Positions 38,706-52,616 are shown, counted from the first letter of the stretch. The stretch is DNA of 64,000 nt from Octopus bimaculoides (GCF_001194135.2 NC_068984.1:73735112-73799111), one strand, 5' to 3'. The notes: generated by a model not told the origin, from the sequence alone. Translations and numbers: made by a program.

Positions 38706-39126
38706 ATATACATACACATTCATACGCTGACACATACACAAACATATACGTATGTATATAAACAAAGATGAGCTGAGAGAAATAACTCAAGAGTGGCTTG
38801 TGATATGCTTTTGGACAACATAAACAAATAAAGGTATGTCAAATACCATACAACATAAATTCTTGATTTATTAAAATTACCTCCGCCTCTAGAGAATGTA
38901 CCATAATTACCAAATGGCAATTAAGACCAACTCCATTTCAGAAGGAAATATAATCTCAAGATTCAAGGATTCTCCAAAGCTGCTATGCCTGTAACGAAAA
39001 GGACCGGGTGTCATTACTAGTAAACATACCTACAAACATATATATACATACACAGAGACAAGCACATGCACATACACGCGCATCGCAAGCTATTGGGTAT
39101 TATTACAAGATAATTGTTGACCTTAC

Positions 39127-39246
39127 GTTAGGTACATTTTGTGCTGTTGTTCGTTGTTGGTTTTCATCGGCTTGTTTTCTAGCAAGCTTCTCAGCAGGGA
39201 AGACTTGTGGGGTGCCGCTTTAGTGGCCGACCACCCAAGCATAGAA
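39127..39246 (-). CDS. Candidate middle exon of the putative peptide precursor (SMLGWSATKAAPHKSSLLRSLLENKPMKTNNEQQHKMYL)
   Basis: Acceptor aacag (39248..39247) or an in-frame alternative ctag (39257..39256); donor AC|gtaagg at 39126; 120 nt, open, phase 2-2. The polypyrimidine tract is poor. Confidence 0.33.
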
Positions 39247-39410
39247 CTGTTTGCACTAGATCACATGTTACCCGTAACACTAAAGAGTGATGTGCCACAC
39301 GCACACGCGCGCACAAGCACATACATATATATGTATTTGTGTGTGTGTGTGTGTGTGTGTGTTTGTGTGTATATATATACACACACACATACACTGACAC
39401 CTGTTATATG

Positions 39411-39448
<38 letters not shown>

Positions 39449-39507
39449 TATACATATAAACAAAAATATGAATGTGTGTGTGTGTTTCATAGTGGTATTC
39501 GTTTTAT

Positions 39508-39643
<136 letters not shown>

Positions 39644-39742
39644 TTTTAAAAAAATGAATGTGTGTGTGTGTGTCTCATAGTGGTATTCGTCCTGAGAGAG
39701 TATCTCTGATAGAGCTTTAGAGTTAAAAAAACACAAAAATAC

Positions 39743-39783
39743 ATCAGTAGCAGGCAAACATCGTCCAGCAGCGGTGATGGCAT
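39743..39783 (-). CDS. Candidate first coding exon of the putative peptide precursor ([14 protein letters not shown])
   Basis: First ATG (39783) after acceptor gatttcgtcttag (exon start 39848); weak donor AT|gtattt at 39742. Confidence 0.25.
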
Positions 39784-40821
39784 AGATAAATGCGTATTTC
39801 TGCCTCCTTGAGCTTCGCCAATAACAAGTTTCGATTGGCAACCGTATGCTAAGACGAAATCGTTACTGATATTGTAAAATATTGATTGAAGAGTCACAGA
39901 TGCTGCAATTAGCTGGCAGGCCAAATAAAAATTAGTTATGTGCAGCAGAAGCTGTATTAGTTTGAAGCTGCAATCTATGTATCAAACATAATGCAGAGGT
40001 ATCATTGAAAGCTTTTGCTACTGATGAAATCTAAAGAGGCAGAGATACGCATTTAACAATGAATGTATCATGACACATACCATACAATAATGTATAATCA
40101 ATGATTATACATTTTATAAAAGGCGTTAATTTTCAAAAAATTTCCCGCGGAGAGCAGTCGCTCCCCTTGCTCCCCTCTTAGTTACGCCATGGATGTATCT
40201 ATAGAAGATGAGCATTATCAAATGCTCGTCTTCTATAGATACATCTTTCGTCTACAACGAAAAATATATACTTGTAATTTGATTTTGAAAGACACAGACA
40301 ATATTGGCTCTTATTGTTTTTGTTGCTGATGCTGCTCAGAGCTTCCGGCTGAAGATAAAAGTGTTAGAGGAAGAGAAAACATGCATCCCTAACGAACAAA
40401 TTACCTCGACTTGTTTTAGTAGTGAGACCTGCTTCATCAGGTCTCATGCGGTCCGCTTCTTGAAAATGGTTGCCCATACTTGGCTTAAATGCTCCTTTCT
40501 TGAATGGAATGGGTCGAATTAATTGTATTGGTTGGCATTGGTCAAGCAGACCTATGGTCTACGCCGTTCCAACTGTAACCATATAGTTTATTTATCTATT
40601 TATACATTATTTTATTGGTTGAAATTATCGAAATAAGACAATTTTTTACATGAAATAACTTCGAATACAACATTTTTTTTGTGTTCTATAACACAAAATA
40701 GATAAGTATACGAAGTTTGAAAGTCTTTCGGTACCAAAAACACTACATAAAACATAAATGAAAACTGGTGCCCCCGTTTTGAACTAGATCCTATATTTTT
40801 CTTTTTTAGCTAAATCAATAA

Positions 40822-40875
40822 TGACGTAATGCGATTTAAGAAAAAAAACATTAAATGAAATGTCGCCTAGGCAAC
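40822..40875. promoter_or_regulatory. CRE-like site (TGACGTAA, 40822..40829) and RFX X-box (GTCGCCTAGGCAAC, 40862..40875)
   Basis: Motif match to GTNRCC-N2-RGYAAC and to the ATF/CREB element; function not shown. Confidence 0.35.
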
Positions 40876-41449
40876 AGATAAGAAGATAAAAGTGTTAGAG
40901 GAAGAGAAAAGATTACAAAGTAAAAGAGGTGGGATAGTAGGAACTGGAGTAAATTTCACAGTACAAAACCGTCCCCTATTGTTGCTTCTCGTTCACTCCT
41001 CTACTTGCATCCTTCTGGACATCTCATTGGACATTCCCTTCTCTTCCTCTTTCTTTACTTCATCTTAATCATCATCGAAGACGTGGGGAGAAATATAGGA
41101 TAAGAGCTGGTAGGTGCCTCCACAGTTCAAACTTCATAATGTAATATTTTCCCTTCCTTTTACTCGTCTTTCTTCTCGTTCCTCTCCTTTTTATCCTTTT
41201 TCAAAGAAACGTTGTAACATCAGAAAATAGGAAGGAGAAAAAAACGGTTTTCTTTCATATCTTCTTCTTTCCCGCACTTGCTTTTTATACTTCACATCAT
41301 TCTCTTGCTCTTTTTCCTTCTTTTTCAGTGTTTTATTCAATTTTCACTTTCTATTTCCCTCCTTCACTTCCATCATTTGCTCTTCCTTCTCCGTTTAAGA
41401 CTTTTCTACTTGAGAAAAGGAAAAAGAGAAAAGAGACGACACTGCAAAA

Positions 41450-42092
41450 CTAATCTTTCGACTATACGCCTAGATCCTGGGATTTGTGGAGAGCGGCTAC
41501 TCAGTTATCTCGAAGCCAGTACTCAATTGATGCTTTATTTATCAACTCCGAAAGAGATGAAAAGCTAAGTTGACATCATCGAAATTTGAACTCAGAACGT
41601 AAGTTTGGACGAAATACCGCTGTCCATTTTGTCCGGTGCGATAACGATACTTTGTTTTTTCTTTTTTCTACTCTAGGCTCAAGGTCCGAAATTTTGGGGG
41701 AGCAGACCTGTCGATTAGATCGACTCCAGTGCTTAGCTAGTACTTAATTTATCGACCACTAAAGGATGAAAGGCAAAGTCGACCTCGACGGGACTTGAAC
41801 TCAGAACGTAAAGACATACGAAATACCGCTAAGCATTTCGCCCAGCGTACAAACGATTCTGCCAGCTCACCGTTTTTGTTCATGTAATATATTAAATCTG
41901 CTATAAAGAAATAAATATATTAAATCTACATTATAAAGGCGGTAAGCTGGCAGAATCGTTAGCAAGCTGGAAAAAATGCTTAGCAGCATTTCGTGCGTCT
42001 TTATTTTCTGAGTTCAAATTCTGCCGAGGTCGGCTTTGCCTTTCATCCTTTCGGGGTCGATAAAATAAGTACCAGTTGAGCGCTGGGGTCGA
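41450..42092. mobile_element. Cluster of three SINE family A copies (-,-,+)
   Basis: 41450..41645 (-), 41655..41872 (-), 41936..42092 (+); CpG-rich. Confidence 0.85.
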
Positions 42093-42990
42093 TTAATACG
42101 ATTAAGTCCAGCCGTGATCATCCAGTCTTTTTAAGGGCAAGTAAGGTTACAGTATCTAATAATTATGTTACTCAATATAGCAAAGTATGATTTAATGGAA
42201 GTTTAGCAGCTATATTTAGCATGTCGAGAGACTACTTACAGGTTCCCTAAATGGCTACGTTACATTGATAGGTTACGAGACATTTAACAGATGGGTCAGT
42301 AATTCGTATAGTGAAACTTCCAAATGGAAGATGCCGAGTGTTTTGTTAGCTTACTGTATCCACTGAAGAAAATTGTCACTGACTAGTTGGTCGCGTTTCA
42401 AGTGACAGAATTTTTCTTCCTTCATTAGTGGTAATTAATCTAAGGAATTAATCTCTGCTGGTATATGGAGGAGAGTTTATGAAAGGCTACACAATCTATG
42501 CATAAAATTGTGAGAAAAATAAAGCAAAAAATAACAAACAAAATCATTAATATCGGCATCAAGAACAGCAACAACATTTGTGCAGAATCGCTAGCACGTC
42601 GGACAAAATTATTAGCAACATTTCTTCTGTCTTTACGTTCTGAGTGTAAACTCCACCAAGGTCGACTTATTTTATCAAGAATAGATATTCTGTAATGAGG
42701 GTATCTTATAACGAAGGCAATAAAAGACCTTATGATAAAAAGTAATGAAAGACCCTTTGATGGGGAATGAGAGAGCCTCTACGCGATCCCTCTTTCTGCT
42801 TGAAACAATAGCTGCTTCCGTTTTTTGTCGATAGCTGATGAGGCCAATTATGGTACGGAAGTATCAGCCATCTGTAAGGTACATTCCCCGAGAAACGATA
42901 ATGTTCAGTTCTATATTTAAGAGATGAGGAATTATTTACATTATTTACATTATTTACATTTGACGGATAGTTGTCATCTTGTTTGTTGTT

Positions 42991-43036
42991 AACACAACGT
43001 TTCGGCTGATATACCCTCCAGCCTTCATCAGATGTC
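42991..43036 (-). ncRNA. Minimal hammerhead ribozyme motif (intact core)
   Basis: GACAU-CUGAUGA-A-GGCUGG-AGGGUAUA-UCAGCC-GAAAC-GUU-GUGUU. Confidence 0.7.
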
Positions 43037-43084
43037 TTGGGGGAAATTTCGAACCTAGGTTCTCATTCCTAAGGTATTTTTCGA

Positions 43085-43144
<60 letters not shown>

Positions 43145-43237
43145 CATCATCATCATTATATGCCCACGGGCATATGACGTCGTGGTTAAGAGCGCGGGCT
43201 ACTAACCCAAGATTCTGAGTTCGATTCCAGGCAGTGA

Positions 43238-43391
<154 letters not shown>

Positions 43392-43439
43392 ATCGAAAAA
43401 TACCATACGAATGAGAACCCAGGTTCGAAATTTCCCCAA

Positions 43440-43485
43440 AACATTTGATGAAGGCTGGAGAGTATATCAGCCGAAACGTTGTGTT
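43440..43485 (+). ncRNA. Minimal hammerhead ribozyme motif (C3 to U change)
   Basis: AACAU-UUGAUGA-A-GGCUGG-AGAGUAUA-UCAGCC-GAAAC-GUU-GUGUU. Confidence 0.6.
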
Positions 43486-43882
43486 AACAACAAACAAGAT
43501 GAGGACAAATATCCGTCAAATGTAAATAATGTAAAAAGATAATGTTGTCTAAAATATACAATATCGCAATAAAAATGGTATAGTCACGACTGGAACGTCA
43601 TTGATCATAAATCTTGTTGTGACTAAGCATGTGGCCATAATATTTCTCCTGGTATGGTTTGATTAATCTTAGAAGGGGCTCATATTCTTTCTTTTTATAT
43701 AATCGTAATGTTTTAATGGTATTAGTTGAGGCGGTTGATCTTTCGACCAAACCAAGAAAACTGCCACGTCAATTTCCAAGGCTGGTTATGCTAACCTTAG
43801 GCTCCCCTTGTCTACAGATATTGGTAATAACAACAACAACACCAGCAATACCATCTTATGAGCTCTGTACCATTTACTCAGT

Positions 43883-44051
43883 CAGCGCCGTCTTAACAGA
43901 TTATAGCCCCGCCAAACAATTCAGTACTCTGGACACTACAGTATTTAGTTATTGACAGTAAGCCACAGTATACATAGATCAGAATTAGGCCTAAGACCTG
44001 TGAGGCCCCCGGGTAAATTTCTCAGTGTACCCATGCTTTAGGACGGCACTG
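43883..44051. mobile_element. 169-bp hAT-type MITE
   Basis: 14-bp TIRs CAGCGCCGTCTTAA / TTAGGACGGCACTG; degenerate 8-bp TSD TACTCAGT / CACTCGGT. Confidence 0.7.
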
Positions 44052-47000
44052 CACTCGGTAGAGAAAACAACGAAAGCATCAATAACTTCATCAAATTCAA
44101 ATTCTCACTTCGGATGCTTACCAGTAACGCTAAATGCATGCAGAACAATAATTCTCACGCTTTGACCGAGTCCATCTTGCTTGTCTCCTCTTTAGGCGCT
44201 ATCATGACTTGAGGTCACTCATCATAACTTATTGACACATAAAAGAAACATACTAGTTAACTGAAGTAAATGCCAAATTCAAACTACCACACTGCATCGC
44301 ATATGACGTTCTTTTCGCATGTTAGGAACATCGTACGGGCTTCGCCTAGCGGAGAGACAACGTGTATGTGGAGTAACAGACGTATGGCTCGCCCCTTATC
44401 ATCTAACGGACTACATATGCACTAGAGATTTGCATGAATAGGACATAAACAACGACGACGACAACAACAGCAACAATAATCACAAAAGTAGCAGAAACAG
44501 TCCTCAACCACCTGACGCCACTTTCACTTGATGTCAATTGTAAAATAGAAATAATACGGAAAAGACTAAAGTTTTTAAAACTGTAATTCTTTCTTTGACT
44601 AGAATACATGCTATGAAGAGAAAAGTGTTCTTCACTATTGGATACCGTTGATTGTTTCAGCGGCATGCAATATGGAGTCTCAACGTCGCCCGTCAACAAA
44701 ACTCATGCGGGAAAGATGTGTTGCAATAAAAGCATGAAGAGACAGAAACTTCTGATCGACAGAAGATCAAGTGTGCTATAGTATAGAGGTTTAATATTTC
44801 ACAAATATATCTCAACCAGTTTGACTGCTGCAATTCAGTGCGACACGCGTATTGAGAGTCGTAACCTAGCGTCCTTGAAGCACATCCTCAGGCGCCTTCA
44901 CTGATAAACAACAACAGCAGCAGCAGTAGCAGCAACCATATCAACAATCATGATCACAGTTTCATTATAGAGGTAGAAAGCGGTGGTGGTGGTGGTGGTG
45001 GTGGTGGTGGAGGTGGGACTGAAGTAGAAGCAGGGATAGCAACTGCAATACAGTTCACACAGCGTGCGCATTGTGTCCAAAAGGTGCATTCACGTGGAAT
45101 GTGTAAACACAACCGGTGCTTTTATCATACGCATGCACCCTGTTACGCACTGGTACTTGATGGTTCGGTTGACACGTGTATGTACACAAGTGTATAGCGT
45201 AGTAAACAAGGAAGATAGAATATTTTTGTTGGCTGACGCCTGACTCTTTTTTTCCTTCTTTTTCAGTTATCGCATAAATAAATCTAAATGAATGATATGA
45301 GCGTGGTTTGTGTAGCTAGCTGACTAGACCGAGTCCTCACAATCTTTACAAGAATATCATGGGTAATGTAGATAAGCATATTGTTTTGTTCGGTCCAAGT
45401 GGGTGACATCTCGCACTTGCAGTATCGTCTCTATATTTCAGCATATAAACAAAGAAGATTCGACTCAACGTAGGATTCGCCTCTACTTGGTCAGTGCAAT
45501 GTGTTTGAAATAAAAGCCAAATTATCCTTAAAAGCACATTCTACCGTCTTAAAAGAGGCACACGTTGAGTAAATTATCCTTGGTGTTCTCTGTATATAAG
45601 AATATAAACGTGATGGTTGAAATTGGAATTCCTTTGATTTTGTTTGCTATTCTCAATTAGCTCTTACCTAGGACTAAACAATAACAATAATAAGAAAAGA
45701 GAAGACTGGAACTAACGGAACATGGCGATTGTTCTCACCTGCTGGAAATAGTAACCTAAACTCAATGAAATAAGACCACACTGCATTTGAAGCAGGAACA
45801 CATTGAATAATGCAGTTCTAGGATATGCTGCTTCTGAAGAAAAGAAGAAATTCTCATATCTAGGTCTGCGCGATCAGAACTAATATATGATTAAAGTATA
45901 ACAACAAAGGAAGGAGGAAAGGAAGGAAGGAAGGAAGGAAGGAAAATGAAGGAAAGAGGAAAGAAAGAGAGAAAATAACAAAAAAAAAATGTTAATGATT
46001 CATTAACACACTGTGGCTTAAATTCGGTTGAAAGATGTAATCGTTGATAGGAATTAATAGACGTGGCAGTCTTCGGTGAAATAACATTGATAACAATAGC
46101 GATAATGATTTCTTTACTGGCAAGAAATAACAAGAGTTGGCTTATATACAGTATAAAGACCTGCTAGAAATTAAGAGAAATCCTGTATATGCCATGCGAT
46201 TCACTAGAAATAAAAGAAAGAGATCGGATGTGATGGGGAGAGAGAGAGAAAGAAGGAGAAAGAGAGGGAGAGAAAGTAGGAACTTCTGTGTGACTGCACG
46301 ATCTACTAACAAAGTGACCAAATCGGGCCAAATTACACCTTACCGTCTTAATAAGACTTCAGTACGTTTACATGAAAAGGCATTTTGTTCGATGCTCTGC
46401 CAGTCGAGAACCTTTACTTGCTACAAATAACGAGTGATAGAGATTGATATAGATAAATAAATAAAAAATAAAGAGAAGGGGGAGAGAGCTTGTGCGCGAT
46501 AGCGTGACCTGCTAAAAATAGCATCCAAACATCCCTCAAATTACATCCCAAAAGGTATTTCCCCAAAGAGAAAATGGATAGTCGGGTTATGAAATAGAAG
46601 CAGTTCTATAACAAAAACTTTGTTAATATAAATACTTAACGTATGTGTGTAGCAGACAAACCAGAAGTTGTGGTATTCGTTTGGAAAAAAATCCCTTTAA
46701 AGATGTGTTGTCTTAAAAATACAATGTACTTCAGAGCTAGGCGAAACGAAATCTATCTAGAAGTGTCTGCGAGAGCGACAGATACGTATTTCACCGTTAC
46801 TGCAGCTACTCAATGTCCCATACTTGAAACAAAATCGTATCAGCTAGTTAGAGTAAACAGAGATAGTGTATAAACTATACACTAACACAATACGTCTATA
46901 AAGGGATTTGTTCCCGAACGAAAACCACAGTTTGTAGCTTAGCAACTATACACATACGTCAAGCATGTAATATTGATAAAATAGTAATGTTTTCTGTATT

Positions 47001-48062
47001 TGTGGATATGTAAATGAGCATATTTAAGTGCTTGTTGAAAATGTCTTTTTATGTATACGTATGTGTCTGTACGTGTTGGTGTATATGCTTTAGCTGGTTG
47101 ATATCATATGTGTGTGCTTGGATATGGTTGTGTGTGTGTGCGTGTGTGCGCGCGAGCGTGTGTGTGTATGAGTGTATGTGTGTGTGTAAACGTCTTTGTG
47201 TGAGTTTATATATGTTAGCGTCTGTATATGTCTGTGTGTGAACCTGTATATATGTGTCTCATGTGAGTGATTGTATGCTTGTATGTGTATGTATATGTTT
47301 GGTTATGTGTATGTGTGTGCGAGGCAGTTAATGGTGAATTTATATAGCAGCGCGAATATATCTGTACATGTGTAAATGCGTGTGTGTATGTGTATGTGTT
47401 TATATATATGTATGTATCTACGTATGCATATATGTATGTATGTATGTATGTATCTACGTATGCATGTATGTATGTATGTATGTATGTGTGCGTGAATCTA
47501 TATGTCTGTGTGTGAGTCTGTGTATGTTAACATCTGTATATGTCTGTATGTGGGTCTCTATATGTGTGTGTATAGTTTGAGTGATTGTACATGCTTGTAC
47601 GTGTATGTTTATTTAGTTATATGTGTATGTGTGTGTGTGTGTATGTTTATGCGAAGTAGTTAATAGTTAATTTATATACCAACGCGAGTATGTCTGTACA
47701 TGTGTTTGTGTGTGTGTCTATGTCTGTGTGCCTGTGTGTGTAAGGTTGCTGGTGGTATCATATTTGAGGTTGCACCCACCAAGAAAATTGCACCAAAAGA
47801 AGATCAAATGAAGACAAAAGAAATCCGTATAGATTTGCGCAGTCACGCAATTAGATTAAGCACACGTGCGGCCACAAAGGTGAGCGTGTCCATTTTGGCG
47901 TAAAGAAACGTAGCGTTCAAGTGTATGTAGGTATATATGTATGTATGGTTCTATGTATGTATGCATTTAAGTTTGTATGCCGGCATGTATGTATGTATGT
48001 ATGTGTACATGTATATGTCTACGTATATATGTATATGTGTATGTAGTGCATGTATGTATGTG

Positions 48063-48112
<50 letters not shown>

Positions 48113-48166
48113 NNNNNNNNNNNNNNNNNNNNNNNNNNNNNNNNNNNNNNNNNNNNNNNNNNNNNN

Positions 48167-48206
<40 letters not shown>

Positions 48207-48209
<3 letters not shown>

Positions 48210-48409
48210 GGCATGATAGATTGCTAGCCACTAAACATTTTTTTATTTTCTCTCCCTGTATATTTCTGTGTTCCTTTCTGTCGAAGAGCGTAGGCTTGAA
48301 ACGTAAAAGACTTTCTCACTTCCCAAGCGTTAAACTAATACATCTGTATGTTATATGTTATTTACATACCCTTTACACATCCGTCTTCGTCTTTTTTTTT
48401 TGTAAATTC

Positions 48410-48412
<3 letters not shown>
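48207..48412 (+). mobile_element. Penelope-like pseudo-LTR with a variant hammerhead at 48274..48309
   Basis: CUUU-CUGUCGA-A-GAGC-GUAG-GCUU-GAAAC-GUA-AAAG; directly upstream of a Penelope RT relic. Confidence 0.7.
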
Positions 48413-48447
<35 letters not shown>

Positions 48448-48528
48448 TAAAAAAATTCGGAGGAAGATATAAGGTGATAAAACACAGAAATCATGTTTGT
48501 GTAGATAAAGATTATTTATGTACCAACA

Positions 48529-49455
48529 CCAGGAGACCTCAAACTAAGGCCCATTATAGTTGGACCATCCTATGAAACTGAGTTACTTCATTGACACTCT
48601 CTTGAAAACATCTTCTAAAATACATTAAAACTTACGTCAGAGAGTAAAGGAAAAAAACATATGGTCTCCTTTGATGTTGTAAACCTGTAATACTAATATG
48701 TCCCATAATTTCAGATTAGAAGCAACTCAGTTCTAGCTGAAAAAATACCCAAAAGAAATACCGGAACGTATTAGCAAATAGTTCATAAACCATTAAAATT
48801 TATTCTCCAGCGAAATCACTTCATGTTTGAAACCACTCTATACTGACAAAAATTTTGAGTTGCGATGGGAACCAAAGCAGACTCCGTTCTTGCAAACTTG
48901 ACAATGGGCTATTTGGAACTAACAGTATATCAGAAGTCACTCATAAAATTCGGAAATCCCCTTTCCAATACATAAAGGAAAATTGAAAAAGATATTTGGT
49001 TGATTGTGTCATTCTATGAAGTGAGAACATGGAGAAACTTTTGGAATTCAAAAGACTTCTCAATAACAGAAATACAAATATACAATTCACAATGGAACAC
49101 AACAAAAAGGAACTCCATTTTCTAGATATACTAATCAAAAAAGTAAATAAAAAAATAGAAACCGACATATTTTACAAAACTACAGACTCGAAACAATACT
49201 TGTTTAGCTCATGCCACCCATATTAAAATAAATATTAAAATAAATATCCCATTCAATCTAGGGAGAAGAATCTGCACTATAGTGTCGGAGAAAACTACAA
49301 GAACTACAATAGCTTAAAAACATACTCGTCGACAGACACTACCCAACTTCGCTTATAGATGATGGGATAAAACGTGCAAAAAGAATTAATATACGAACAC
49401 TAAGAGAGATCAAACAAAACAACACACCCACTACAAAACTATTACCTTATATTAT
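48529..49455 (+). pseudogene. Penelope-like reverse transcriptase relic (stops and frameshifts)
   Basis: LRPIIVGP, MVSFDVVNL, AMGTKADSVLANLTMGYLE, KRYLVDC (decayed YxDD), IQFTMEH, LHFLDILI, ETDIFYKTTDSKQYL..SCHP, NIPFNLGRRICTIVS, HYPTSLID. Confidence 0.9.
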
Positions 49456-50316
49456 AAATCCTATGTGTGTGTGTGTGTGTGTGTGTTCCCACATACACGT
49501 ATGCTTATATACATACAAACACACACACACATACACACATGTATCTGTGTATACATATACAGATAACTATAGTTTATAGATATTTTCTGTATAGAATGCT
49601 CTTCGTAGTGCTCAAGGGATTTAAACTCGAGCAGGTAGAGGAGCAACTGTAAGGATAAGCAAATTAGACAAGTCAATATACAAAAAATATTAAATGCATT
49701 GAATACAAAAATGTAAATAAGTTTACATCTCTCTTTATAAAAAGGTCCGACTTACACAGAATAGAAATGAGATCAGGAATTATATATATATATATATATA
49801 CATATATATNNNNNNNNNNATACACACACACACATATATACAGCCAACGAATTAGTAAAGAAACTCTCTTTATTACAAAATACAGACCCCTTTTGAACGC
49901 ATCTACAACAAACAACATATCTACCACGGCCTTAGAATAACACTCAAATATTTAAAAATGATACATTCAGGAGACGCCTAAAAATTCATTAAAAACAGTC
50001 CCAATCACTGATATAATCCACAACGAGCCACTTTTATGTCACTTGACCATTTAACATCCTACTACTATCATACCATCCCGCATTCTCTTATTCTCTCTTC
50101 TGCTCTTTCTCCTTCTCCTTCTTCGTCTTCTTCCTCTCCGCCACCTCCTTCCTTACTTTACTACTACTGCTGTTTAGAATAACACCTACGCAAATTTTAT
50201 AATCAATACATTCAAAAGAGAAGTCTCAAGAGTTCAATCACTACTACCATCTACAACAATTCACTTTCAGGGCACTTGACCATTTAGCATCTTACTACTG
50301 TCATAGCACTCCCGCA

Positions 50317-50452
50317 TTCTTCTTCTTCTTCTTCTTCTTCTTCTTCTTCTTCTTCTTCTTCTTCTTCTTCTTCTTCTTCTTCTTCTTCTTCTTCTTCTTC
50401 TTCTTCTTCTCCTCTTCCTCCTCCACCTCCTCCTCCTCCTCCTCCTCCTCCT
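50317..50452. repeat. (TTC)n then (CCT)n microsatellite
   Basis: Seen directly. Confidence 0.95.
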
Positions 50453-51659
50453 CCGTTGCATGTATGTATATATGTATGTATGCTTCTAAATACAGATTAT
50501 AGATTTATATTTATACCAAAAAACAACTGGTGTGTTTGGTCGTATGAGTAAAGGGCCAAATGAAAACGCTGGAGTTGTCAGGAAAAGGAATCAAACAGCT
50601 AACACGCACATTACAAATACAATCTGTAAGCGGAACTGTAAAAATATGGAAAACTTTTCTCAAGTTTAAGATGTAACTTTATTTACTTTTGTCAACATTC
50701 CATCGATTGAACTTTTATATCATTATTAGAAACTAGCTCTTTCCTACAGAGTAACTCTTCAAACAATTAAAAACAGAAGAAAACATACATACATACATAC
50801 ATACATACGTACATACATACATACATACATACATACATAGAAAATATCACCTATATCAGCAGACATCACAAAATGCCCCAGTAGGATATTATCTTCCTAT
50901 GAAACATGGAGTTGTCACTAAAACAGTCTACAATTTTATATGCAGGAAGAGTTGTCTTAATGGCAAAACCACCCCAGAACCAGCATATATCCACACCTTT
51001 AAAAATATAAAAATACATGTGGAACATTACAATGAAAATAGCAGCTCGGTGGAAGCACAACAGGCCAGGAATTGTACAGGACTAGAAGCAAATGTAGACA
51101 CTGTTATAGAAAGTAACTTCCAAGCAAGTGTGAATGCCAAGTCAAAAATTGGGGAAAAGAACAACCATAGAAAATTAATACAAAAATCTTACATCTCAAA
51201 TCCAGGTTATAGATATATATATTTGTATACTGTTATCACAGGTGCCCAGAGCTAGCAACAACAATAGACTCGCATCGAAGACTAGAAATATGGAGGCACA
51301 CAGAAAAGGGGGAAAATGGAAGAACACATCGATTCACTTTTCCTAAACAAAATGGTTTAGTGATAGTGAAAATTCATAAAACATTCCCACGATTTTTCAT
51401 CTGATGATTCTGCGCTGAATACAGACAAACCTTCATGTGCACGTGCAAAATGCACCCACACATATGCTGCAATGAACACACGCATTTGATTATTAAAGCG
51501 ATATGCACACCCACGAGTGAAAGGTTATCCCACAAGTACATTGTTTTTTCTCGAGCTCTTGAATTCATAAGTTCTGTCACCTAGTTCCCATTAAGAGACC
51601 GAGAATAAGACAACATTCTCCCTGACCAGGAAGCCGGTCTACTGCAACGGATTCAAGAC

Positions 51660-51830
51660 CAGTAAGTTTCAGTGAGGGGATGGCAGCGGTAAGTCAATAG
51701 ACTCACCGCTACCTTGGACGTTAGTACTTAACTGGCGCTTCATTTTATCGATTCCGAAGGGATGATAGGCAGAGTTGACCTGGGCGGGTTTTGAATGCAG
51801 AACATGTTAACGATTCTGGCAGTTCGTCGC
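51660..51830 (-). mobile_element. SINE family A copy
   Basis: attttatcgattccgaagggatgataggcagagttgacctgggcgggttttgaatgcag...ttaacgattctggcag. Confidence 0.65.
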
Positions 51831-51856
51831 ATAACAAATACATATGCGCGCGCACG

Positions 51857-51906
<50 letters not shown>

Positions 51907-52616
51907 TATACACACATACATATGCACACATTTGTGCATATACATATATGCACAAATCTAAAAAGCTGTCTTTACTTAAACAAAAGAAGGTTGTCGCTTC
52001 GTTAGTGACCGGTTTGAATTCGGCGAAAGAAAGAAAAACGAAATCTCACAAAAGAAACATACATACATGCATACATACATACATACATACAGATATACAC
52101 ACACACATTACACACACGCACACATATATTATATACACATACATACATATATGCTTACTTTCATACATACACATACACAATTTGTATACTACAACCATAC
52201 ATATATAAACATGTGCGTATACTCGCATTTATACACGCGCGCACACATGTTCATTAACGCACATCTGTGGTATGTATGTGTTTCAGTTAGTATGTTTGTG
52301 TCAATGTGTGTATATGTGTTTGTGCGTGCGTCTTTGAGTTTGCGCCATCTTCATACATACTGGGAGATAGACAAAGACAATATCCGTCTCAACTGAACTA
52401 TGTCTCCTTTTCGCTTCACGTCCAGTTGGTGCGTACACAATAGTAAGTGCCATATTGTCATGTCACGATAACATCTGATAACATATTGATAACAAATGAT
52501 AACAGGTCCCTTTCGGCAGCCGACAGCCTATCAAATGTAAAACGATACCCTTTTAATTGTTATGTGATTCCTTTCTTTTCGCTTGTGTGTGTGTGTGTGT
52601 GTGTGTGTGGATGTAT

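Noticed and set aside
40424-40445. 8-bp hairpin containing CUGAUGA on the minus strand
   Set aside because: No GAAAC or stem I partner.
42830-42875. CUGAUGAGGCC...GGUAC hammerhead-like start
   Set aside because: GAAA and the cleavage triplet are missing.
47745-47879. 135-nt open AG..GT segment (VAGGIIFEVAPTKK...TRAATK)
   Set aside because: The acceptor is preceded by a (TG)n tract rather than pyrimidines, no partner exons were found, and no homology was recognised.
50899-51255. 118-aa plus-strand ORF
   Set aside because: No recognisable motif, no supporting splice sites or neighbouring exons.
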